DNA of 64,000 bases from contig CP075493.1 of NCBI GenBank assembly GCA_021613535.1, positions 6,324,001-6,388,000 on the forward strand. The letters are read 5' to 3'. Below the pieces are notes generated by a model, which did no database searches, had not been told where the DNA came from, and saw only the letters and a program-made list of their open reading frames with translations. Below are positions 28,401 to 38,196 of this stretch, in pieces (within the stretch, counting starts at the first letter, position 1; every line of letters starts with the position of its first letter). The stretch is from Adineta vaga. Taxonomy: Eukaryota > Animalia > Rotifera. Made by a program: the position numbers and the translations under genes.

Positions 28401-28570
28401 TCATCAACCGAGTGAAAGAAGTCTTAGGTGAAGAACAATGGGATGATTTAGAGCGTGTAATGAGAGGTCGTACATGCGGTCATGTTTATCGTTTGTCGGA
28501 TATTCCAAATCGTCATGGTTTTCATAATTCACATCCGAATCCAAAATTAGTTGTGCAATGGCATACATAA
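25407..28570 (+). CDS. ~1000 aa von Willebrand factor A (VWA, MIDAS) domain protein with long uncharacterised C-terminal region, 4 exons
   Basis: IILVIDRSGSM (DxSxS), GSTDF, IIFMTDG, VHVIGY. Introns ~25552-25604, 25779-25833 and 26607-26668 join the three long ORFs. Confidence 0.85.
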
Positions 28571-29191
28571 AGATGCAATTGTGATAATCGACACTTCGAT
28601 TTTTGATAGATGTATAATTTAAATTGAGAATTATGCGTTTTTGTTTTTTTTGGACAGAAGAAATATGCAATTCACAATCGTATCATGTCACCCTAAGTTG
28701 TGAGTTTGTTGATCTATCGAATCAATTATCAGCTTATTTTTATTAATAAACGCTTTTGAACAAAAACTTGATTGTTATCAATATTTCTAAACATTCTACA
28801 GTAAAAATATTACTATTTATTTCAAATGACTTCACTTTTGTTCATATATCAGTAAATTATAAAGAAAAGCAAATGGATTGTAAGAAGATGTCTCTGTTTT
28901 TATTGATTATTTTGAAAAATATTTTGCTAAAAATAGTTCGAGAGTAATGTCGAAACCTCTTCGATAACTCTAAGAATCACATTAAATATATAAATATTCT
29001 TTTAAGTATAGCTATTTTTCTTCCTGTGAAAGTCATTATTTGTTAAAGTGTAAAAGATATGATAAATTCTTACTTTCATTAACGCTTTTTTTATTGTTCT
29101 TGATGAACTAAACACTATGCAAAAGTTCTTATCTAGAAATAAGTAAAACGAAAATCTAAATTACCATAGTTACATAAAATGAAAATGTTCA

Positions 29192-30862
29192 ATGTACAAT
29201 AGTCTGTATGCTATTCTCATCATACTAATCATTCTCAATTGTAATCAAGTTCGATCTTCTGATCTTTCACATTGTTTCACACATCGTCGACATGATAAAA
29301 CATTCATTGGATATTATTTATTAGGTATCGAACATTCAATTGATAATGAACAAGTATGTGAACATCGTTGTTCTACTAATAATCGATGTTCAATGGCAAG
29401 ATTTAATCGACAATTTCATCGTTGTGATCTCTTTCAAAGTAATCACAAGAATTCTTTATATCGATCTTATCGATCGAATTATATACATTCTAAATCTACT
29501 AATTGTCCTGAAAGAATTCCATTAATATCAAATATTAGACAATTATACAGATCAATTATTCACTGTATTTATGATGCGTATGTTCTCGGATACATTTAAA
29601 TAATTCTTTCATCTTATTTCTCGAATAGTCTACCGTGGCAACATGCTCAACGATCAAATATTTTTCAATCTTATACGCTAATCGGTAATTCCTATTTAGC
29701 TTGTCAAGAACTTTGTTCATCTGTTCGCCATTGTGCCGGTGTTCAATATCACGTAGGAATAATTCATCAAATATTAATCTTCTATTTTTGAAATATGCAC
29801 GTAGACACGTGGTGTACAACGTCATCAATGTCAATTATTACGCTCAACAAAACCATGGGAACTTGTATCAAGTAAAACATGGACTGTATTTGCTAAACGA
29901 TCATGTTACGGAATAATTGATCAAAATGATCCCTTGTCTCATGATCAAATATCCCTATGTAATTTTGAATATTTTGGTCAAGGTCAACAGTAAGCAATGA
30001 TGATGATTGAGCACATGATCTTTATGACTGACTCTGTTCTAGTAAATATGATCGCGAAATCATTCATGCATTATCGCATTTATCTGAAACGCAATGTCAA
30101 TATATATGTTCAACAATGGTGAATTGTATAGTTCGTAGATTAATTTATGTCGTTGTTATCTTTGTCAAGAGAATCTATTTTATTGTAGGGTATTGAATTT
30201 ATTGAAAAAAAATCTCGTAAGTTTAACGAAATATCATCGTTTATTTCATTTCATGTTCGATTAGATTAGATAAATCGAGAATGTCGATGAGTTTACTGAG
30301 ACATTTTCTTCGTCTTGATAATAATCTGATTAAGCAATTAAATGACACATTCATTTGCAATACAATAAAATGTATGTGACGAAAGAATGGAAGGAAGAGT
30401 TCAAAGATCTATTATATTCACATACTGTGATATAAACCAATTAACACCGTTAAACACATCGCGTAGATGTGAAAAGCGTGGTGATTTTCTTGTATAAAAA
30501 AAAGAGAATAGAGCATCAAGCCTTAACTAAGTTTTTTTTGTCCTTGAACATTTTTGAATATTATATAATCTTAATTTTTCTTTTTGTTCTTCGAAGGATG
30601 TATCCTTCTCTCGCCTAATTTCATTCAAAATGATGGTACAATCGATGTTAAATATCATCGTCGTCATCATCTCTTTATGAAAATTTCATGCGGTACATCT
30701 CTATCGGAATGTTCCCTAACTGATCAACATTGTAATTGTCACGAATATCGATGTCAACATGGAACATGTGTATCGCGACAAAAGGAAGGATATTACCATA
30801 TGTTCTGTGATTGTGATCATGGTTTTTCCGGTCAATTATGTGAACAACAAATTCGTGTTTGA
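29192..30862 (+). CDS. Secreted protein with about three PAN/apple-like modules and a C-terminal EGF domain; 3' exon structure uncertain
   Basis: Signal peptide. CEHRCSTNNRCSMARF...CDL, CQELCSSVRHCAGVQY...CQL and CQYICSTMVNCIGIEF (PAN CxxxC pattern). EGF CQHGTCV...CDCDHGFSGQLCE. No clean splice path found across ~30370-30600. Confidence 0.6.
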
Positions 30863-30953
30863 ATACAAATATATATGATAATAAGAGTTGAAAAGAAACG
30901 AACATGGGAGAAAGAGAAAGATATGATTTATTAAATTAGTACATGATACTTGT

Positions 30954-31343
30954 TCAATGACCTGTAGCAAATATCATTCTTACGGCATATTTTAAACAAA
31001 AATTAGGTCCTAGACCATTTCGACGACAATACCGATAGAGAATATTTGCATTACGTTGTGAACGTTTAACAATGGTTGATCTGCGAAGACGATTTTCTTG
31101 CATTAAAGATAATGGTGTCAATGGAGAGTTTTCTATACTTTGATAATCTGTTAAAGCATCGTTGTATTCATTCAAATAAAAAGCTGACTAGAATAGATCG
31201 AAGAAAAAAACATAAAAATATTTTAAGAAATGATTTCTTACTGTAGTAGTTGTGAAAATGAGGACAATGAGAAACATGCACCATACCTATTGAATAAAAT
31301 TATCATTTAAAAAGAAACTAAAGAAAAGTCAATTTACTGTCAT
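30954..31343 (-). CDS. Small secreted prepropeptide (~94 aa) with RLRR/KR cleavage sites and a 2-Cys cationic C-terminal peptide, 3 exons
   Basis: ATG ACA|GTAAAT..CAATAG|GTA TGG TGC ATG TTT (intron 31287-31337), then ACA|GTAAG..CTAG|TCA GCT. Gives MTVWCMFLIVLIFTTTTSAFYLNEY...RLRRSTIVKR-SQRNANILYRYCRRNGLGPNFCLKYAVRMIFATGH*. Confidence 0.7.
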
Positions 31344-32710
31344 GATTGTTTATATAAAAAAAAAGGAATTTATAATAATAGAAATTGAAGTCGAATTCTT
31401 GTTGATAATTCTTGTCGAGAGACCATCATATTATAAAGAATCCATTTCTTTTTCTCTTCTTCTTTTTCTTCTTCTTTTTTTCTGATTTGTTTTGTTCTTC
31501 TCTATTACTCTGTAGATGTTGAGAAATGTTTTCTTTACTGTTATTGATGCAAAATAAATCAAATGTAAATCAGTCAGGTTAACCAACGATTCAAATGTCA
31601 ACGAAGTGATTCTAAAAGAGAACAATAGAGAAAATCTAAATTATTCTGCTCATCGATGTGATGTGATTTTTCTTTAATCAATGTCGTCAGGGTTCAAACT
31701 AGATTTCTACTCCGATTGCCTTTTCTTTTCCACTTAAAACACGACTAAAGTCTCTTGATCTCTCAACGTACCAATAAAAACAATATAAATTGAGCAATCT
31801 ATAAGCAAATTCCCACTGGATCTTCTTTTTCTCCTCCTACGTCTTGTTTTTTTCTCTCTTCATCTTCCTCCTCCTCATCCTTCTCCTTCGCATCATCTGT
31901 TTCTTCTTGTGTGATACGTCTTTTACAGATGCTCGAACATATCTTACAATTCGTTTCTCGCTTTATTGCTTGACAATTGTGAATCAACAGATCGATGATA
32001 ATAAGATAGAAACGATGATGAGCAACTCATAGACTATCATTGTTTTCTAAAGATGAATGAATAACGAACAAAAAGGAAATGAACAGAGAATCGAATATAG
32101 TCCTTGTTTCCGTATTTAACGAGTTCAACACCCACTCCTACTATATATAATCAATTTGAATAAGTTCCTGTTTGTGATTTCATATTATACAGATTTTAAA
32201 CAATACTATTGAATGTACTACTGTTAGTTGAAAGATAAATATTTATTTTGAATATTTCAATACACAACCTAGTGACGAAAGAAGGTTTTCTCTTTTGTTT
32301 CAAATGTTTATTATATTGAAGTTTGTTTTATTATATACAAGAAACAAATATAAAATTCCATTTAGAAAATCTTTTAAATCAATATTGAATTTCTTTTTAA
32401 TTTTAACTTTTCTTTTTTTCCTTTTTAAAAGAAAACATATGTCTACACAGATCTACCCATCATAGACACTTATCTCTCTTTATTCAACACTTTCTCATTC
32501 ATTTTGTTATTCTTTATCTAAATGATACTCATCATTATTTCCTTATATAAATAAAACAACAAAATATTAAATACAATCACTTTCGAAACTCACAATAAGA
32601 AAAAGAAAACATCATTTTCATATTTTTGTCAACATTTCTTTTTTATTCTAATGGATGGTTATGTCACTGATTGATAGATTTGTGAATATATATATTTCTT
32701 CATATTGAGA

Positions 32711-33320
32711 TTACAAATCATCTTTGAAACTAAATGGTTTTTCTTTTTCCTCTGCAACTTTTTCAACAGTTTGAGCTAATTCGAAACTTTTTCTCATTAA
32801 TTCTCCAAGAATTTTTCGTTTATTTTCATAATTATTTTCATTTGAAATTAATTTTCTTTGTTTTCTTTTATAATAAATGAATAAATAAATGAGAATTAAA
32901 CAAAGAATAAGAAGACATGAACCAATAATTAATCCTTGAATTATTTCTCGATGTTTTATTAACATTTTCAAATCATTTCAGTTCTTGCGCCAATTCTTTT
33001 TTTCACAATTGAAATTTCTTTCTCTAATGTTCTTCATTGGCATATCTAATAACCAGTCAATTGATGAGGATAAAGAACAGATCGTTACATTGAGATTTTC
33101 GATTTTGTCCTAGACATTTAGTACAACATAAGGTTACTGAGTAAAGCAGAAAACGATGAATAGTTTACTTCTATTAAAAACTGGTCATTTAGCATATTTA
33201 ACACTTCGTTTAAGTTCATCATCGTCATCATCATCAATAAAACCATCGATAATATCTGGTATTCGATATGTTCTTAATCATTATTGGCTTGGATATTTCT
33301 AATAGAGATGAAAATGATTT
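32711..33320 (-). pseudogene. Fragment of a small single-pass membrane protein gene, disrupted upstream
   Basis: ORF 32711-32971 has a clear TM helix followed by a basic stop-transfer (IIQGLIIGSCLLILCLILIYLFIYYKRKQRK). Upstream coding-like pieces contain stops and abut the putative element end at ~33320. Confidence 0.35.
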
Positions 33321-34061
33321 ATAATGGTAAATAAAGCTTTTGTCTGTCTGTCTGTCTGCAACATTATTTTAAAACCAGCGCGCGAAATTCCCTTTTCTTT
33401 GTATTTTCGTGCTTAACGAAGCCGACTTTATTTCGTCTAAGTAGATTTGACGAACATGACAGCACGATGATTTGATCACCAAACGAACATTTCGATATTC
33501 ACATTCAGATCAGTGAATAAAAAACACACAACTTTGACGTCATTTTGTTTCGGTAGAAATAAGAAGAAAATCTGTGTCTCCGTCCATTGCCTAACTTCGC
33601 GCTCATTGGTTTCTTGCTTTCAAGTTCGAATTATTGTATGTTTATGTTTTCAGTTACAAAATTTTTGTGCGGTGAGAACGTTTCAAATAGACAGTTTTTT
33701 TTATTGATCTAGCCCTAGATAAATCTGTCGGTGCTCATCAGATAAGCACATAGCATACCACGACTATTTTCGGCTACTGAGGCATAGCTAGGAAATGCAA
33801 AGTATTTGCCGACTCAGTCTTGGGTCGAGTGAATCGGAAGCCGATGAATGTTATCTTGTGTAATAAAAGAAGGTGATTAGAATGTAGCATGCATGAAATT
33901 TCTAATACAATACATGTTAGTTAGTAGAAGAAAAAAAATAGAACGTGTATTGAAAAAAAAACGCGAAATGATTAGTGCAATAGAAAAAAGAGTAATGAAG
34001 TGAAAAAATTGTTTTTTTGCCAAAGTTGGAAAATTGTCGCACAGCAGTCTTTTCGGCTGTA

Positions 34062-34562
34062 TTAATATTCACATTTAATGCAGTAATAATTCTTATTAGA
34101 ACTGTCACCAATACGAACACAGCAACCACCGTGGCCAGCACAACCATAATTCCAGGCATTGGCACAATCAAAATGCCCGGTGCTATAACGATTACGAACT
34201 ATCGTGTAAGTACCATTACGACAGAAAGTAGACTGACTATCACACATGCCGGAACTACCAACACTACCAGTCGCACTGCCAAATGCGCCGATCGGACCAC
34301 TGTTACAGGTCAAACCACAAGTGGCACTACCATCATATGTTGCACCGTTGGTACAAACGTCGGAACAACCAACATTACCCTGACAGACAGAGCTGCCCGT
34401 AGTGCGTTTTTCCAGTAATTCTTCCAGCAATTTTCGTGCCATGTATTGTCTTCGACGAGTGGGGCTTTCGAGCGAATCTTCTTCCATTTCACGTGCGCCA
34501 CAGCATATCGTAGAGAATGCCAAGATTACCAGGAAAAAAGCAGCAGCTTGAATATTGCTCAT
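34062..34562 (-). CDS. Intronless secreted Cys-rich protein (prepro form, LEKR cleavage site, 13 Cys in mature region)
   Basis: ATG 34562. Signal MSNIQAAAFFLVILAFSTICCG, pro-region ending LLEELLEKR, mature TTGSSVC...GCAGHGGCC...CIKCEY*. TATA box about 90 nt upstream. Confidence 0.8.
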   Translation of the reverse strand: MSNIQAAAFFLVILAFSTICCGAREMEEDSLESPTRRRQYMARKLLEELLEKRTTGSSVCQGNVGCSDVCTNGATYDGSATCGLTCNSGPIGAFGSATGSVGSSGMCDSQSTFCRNGTYTIVRNRYSTGHFDCANAWNYGCAGHGGCCVRIGDSSNKNYYCIKCEY

Positions 34563-34652
34563 CTTGTGTGTGATAATTCGGGATGAATATCGATAGACGT
34601 CGGAATACAATATCTATTTTTAAGATTGTGCTTTTAAACTAATAACGCGCTT

Positions 34653-34660
34653 CTTATATA
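34653..34660 (-). promoter_or_regulatory. TATA box (TATATAAG) of the Cys-rich protein gene
   Basis: GCTATATAAGAAG on the minus strand about 90-100 nt upstream of ATG 34562. Confidence 0.5.
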
Positions 34661-34699
34661 GCAAATATAGACGATAGTGAGAGAGACAAACTCGACGGG

Positions 34700-35130
34700 G
34701 CAGAGATGAAAAAAATACAAATACAGGTATAGATACAAATACTGGGGCCGTAAGACTCGAAAATACAAATGCACATACATGTACAGGAGGAGAGAGATGA
34801 GAAAAATACAAATACAGGTATAAATGCAGATACTTCGGAGAGGGATGAGAAAAATACAAATCCCGATCCCGATCTCGATACTTCGGAGAGGGATGAGAAA
34901 AATACAAATCCCGATCCCGATCTCGATACTTCGGAGAGGGATGAGAAAAATACAAATACAGGTATAAATGCAGATACTTTGGAGAGGGATGAGAAAAATA
35001 AAAATGCACATACAGGGACAGAGAGACCAGAAAACACAAATTCAGATACGGACGCTGGGGGAGAGGGAAAGAAAAATACGAATGCCTGTACAGTGGGAGA
35101 GAGATTCGAAAAAATACAAATCCAGTTAAA
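34700..35130. repeat. Minisatellite-like array: about 9-10 copies of a ~24-nt core (GAGAGGGATGAGAAAAATACAAAT) separated by variable segments; central units 48 nt
   Basis: Directly visible. Central inter-core segments are ACAGGTATAAATGCAGATACTTCG / CCCGATCCCGATCTCGATACTTCG / CCCGATCCCGATCTCGATACTTCG / ACAGGTATAAATGCAGATACTTTG. Cores degenerate toward both ends. Confidence 0.9.
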
Positions 35131-37168
35131 CGGGTGAGACAAGCACACCAAAGTCGCGATTTCGACTTTGCTTGAGGGTCTCATCAGTTGGCTTAAGTAC
35201 TGAATGAATGATCCAAACGATAATCAAATCAATAGGATACAAGATCTGTCGTTTCACGCAGTGTTAGAATCTGGAATAATGAATAGAATATGATACAAAA
35301 GGCAGCGAAAGGATTGTATGTCCGAGGTGAGGGAAGTGTTAGACTGATTTTAATCATGGAAATGGTGACAGTATATATAGCATATTCATTGGAAAAACAG
35401 AAGTGATTGGTACAAAGTTCAAATCTTCAGGCTTTGCTGATATGTATATGAGAAAGATAGTCGGATTAAGATTAGTTTTTATAGCGATATTTTCGTGGCA
35501 GTGAGAAGGCCGTGCTTGTTGTTGATTGATGCTGAATCGAATTGAAAGGGAAGACGAATTCATGTCAAATAGGATCTCTTCCAGTTCTCTTTCTCGTAGA
35601 GAAGGGTGGGTGTGCGTGTTACATCTATCGAACATTCACACCCGCACACACACCCTCAACATCAACCGACTTACTGTTTTGACTTTTCTTCTTCTTCTTT
35701 TGTACTTGTAGAACTTCAGAAGGTGTTAGTGCAAAACCATCCACCATGTTGATTAAGACTTGTAAAGACAGATCCATGATGAAGTGATGTAATATGGATG
35801 AATTTTACGAGTGAATAATTCTAAAGCAATAAAAATAAGCTGGTAGAAACATTAATGTTGCTGACACGTGTTTGTTTATATAAATATGTAAAGAATTGTT
35901 TGAGTATAAACTTACGACTTTTCTCCATCTATACATCGAAAAGAAATCAAGGAAAATAACGACTATGTTGTTTCTAATGTTCTTAGAGAATACATATACG
36001 AAGAGATATCCAGGGCATATAGTCGAACACATATATTCGTCATCCTTCTTTCATGTTGACATCCTGCAGAATAATAAAAAGAATAATACGAACTAGTTTC
36101 ATGTATGAAATGCGATTTAACGTATAGGATTTAATGGTAGATTCTCTCGCTATTGTTTGAGACACAGATCTACATAAAAAAAAGACGTGTAAAAAGTTCG
36201 AATTCATTTATGTAAAGAATATTCAGAGTGAAACGAAGAGTTAGTCGATTTCGAATAAAATTCTTTATTAAATATTTGAAATAATCGATTGTTTATCTAT
36301 AGTAATCAAAACTTCTATTCATTGTATCCTGTATTATTAGAATTATAGCCATTTATTCTTTGAATAGTATATTGTTCTCAACCTTTTATAGCAATAAATT
36401 TTTACGAAAGTGTCGAAATGAAAGGATGATACTTCGAAATGCTTGTGTACAGGAAAAATCGGACTAAGACTAAAGACTGTATTCTTTAACGGCATAACCA
36501 TCTATCGAACTGTTAGGTCTTTTGTTTCTTGAAATAATTGATCTTGTTAACTATTAATAATATAACTAAACATAGATGAAACGAAACAGAGACAGCATTT
36601 GTTAAAATAGAAAGAGTTATAGGAAATAATAAGATCGGAAATATTAGTATAAAACTTTGATTAGTATCTTGTCTTCGATGCGTTCTCAATTAATAATGAC
36701 TTAGTTCGAAGTTACTTTATTAAAGATGTAAATTAGTACAATAAGCACATTCAATGGAAGTTATTCGTTTCCTTATTTCTTTCCACAAACAGAAACTACA
36801 ATTGTGTGACATGCATTGAAAATTTATCATCAAAATGATTTCTTTGAGACAAACGTCATGTTTAAATTTCATTTGTTGTTCTATTTGCAATTGCAGTCAT
36901 TGATGGTGAATAGTCTCAGCTCTTTTTTGGTTTGGAATATCTTTGTTGATAGCTATTTTTCATTATTTCATCGCTATCATCCATTAAGCTTACGTATATT
37001 CCTAAAACATCTCTATACGAATTAGTCTCATCGTTTCGTCAAACTGATAGCCTGCGCTTTATCTTCATGTAAATGAAATGGGAAAAGTTTTAGAAGATGA
37101 ACAAAATAATAAATTAAATCAAACAAAACATCATTTGAAAATTAATGAAGAAACAATTATTAAAACAA

Positions 37169-37945
37169 CTAGCGAAGATACCTGCTGCAAAGAGGACATA
37201 ATTTACGTTTTCCATCTACAACAGTGCTTTTCTCATCACCCAGCGGACCTCTCCGTTAGTATTTACCTGTCGTATATAAAAACATCCTCACACCCTCCTT
37301 TCCCACCGTGCCTTAGCTAGTGTAATCCTTCAGGTTGTCACTCACCGCGCGTTACATGTCTTCCACACGTCTTTATCCTCCGTACTTAGGTCCCTCCTAA
37401 ATCCCTCTTCGCGCCATGCACCAGGTCTTTTTTTACAAAACTCTTTGCATCTCTTCATTAGTTTTTTCCTACTGGTCTTGTCTCGCTATGTATACGACAT
37501 ACAGCTCTGTTCCTTTTAAATCCATTTCTACTGTCCCGCTACAACTCCAGTCCCATTCTACACCCACTGTCCCGCTGCAGGTCATTCACTAGTTTATAAA
37601 CTTCACTTCGACTTCATACAGGTAGAGTAGTCATTCCACTCCAGATTCAGTTTTTTTAAGAACCCAACCCAGGCATTGCAGTTATCCGTCTTGGATGCAG
37701 ACACTCACGTCCACACCCTCTTCAAAGTTCCAGGGAAAAACGTGGAACTGACAGTTTATCAACGCGGGAGGCATTCTCACTAAATCTCCTTCCTCCACCT
37801 CCCCCTCACCCCTTGGAGGTTGCAACCCCATCTAGACCTAGAGAAGCATTGTGGAAAGTTTGGTGACGTTAGCTCTTACAGGGACTGAATGCATAGCGAA
37901 CAGACAGACAAACTTTCTTCTTTGTATATATAGAAGATAGATAGA
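37169..37945 (-). mobile_element. Non-autonomous Helitron (~780 bp)
   Basis: On the minus strand it begins TCTATCTATCTTCTATATATACAAAGAAGAAAGTTTGTCTGTCTG and ends ...GGTATCTTCGCTAG. It sits between A37168 and T37946 with no TSD and is clearly GC-richer than its flanks. The subterminal hairpin is degenerate. Confidence 0.75.
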
Positions 37946-38196
37946 TAAAATCAGTAATGTTTGAATCCCATTTCCTGATTTTTTTTTGTTGTCCTTATGT
38001 ATTGATATATATTATTCTTCAACAGATTCTGAATCATTGTTATTTCTACAGCTCTTCTTCAACAAATATACATAGTTTTAAACTTAGTTTTGAGCAAGAA
38101 TGTTGAGATAAAACTCATTTCTTCTAGAAATCAATACAGACGTTGCGATATAACCTGTAAATAGTTCTCTTTGATACTAAAAATTAAACATGCAAA

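Larger units (their letters stand above)
33318..35700 (+). mobile_element. Putative non-autonomous Helitron-like insertion carrying a cargo gene; right boundary undefined
   Basis: Left end TTTATAATGGTAAATAAAGCTTTTG(TCTG)n resembles the 5' end of the element at 37169-37945. Visible rise in GC/CpG, internal minisatellite and hairpins. No convincing hairpin plus CTAG 3' end found (a bare CTAG lies at 36093). Confidence 0.4.

Noticed and set aside
30280-30300. Selenocysteine or readthrough TGA in the PAN gene
   Set aside because: The TGA is not at a Cys position, a second TGA follows in the same frame, and no SECIS-like element was recognised.
34017-34418. 133 aa Thr-rich plus-strand ORF
   Set aside because: Antisense shadow of the Cys/Gly-rich minus-strand gene; TTG start.
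34700-35130. CRISPR array
   Set aside because: Eukaryotic context, no cas genes, non-palindromic degenerate repeats, and duplicated spacers related to one another. Kept only as a minisatellite-like array.
34620-35184. Three overlapping minus-strand ORFs and one plus-strand ORF
   Set aside because: Open because the repeat unit is stop-poor with a period divisible by 3; no independent coding evidence.
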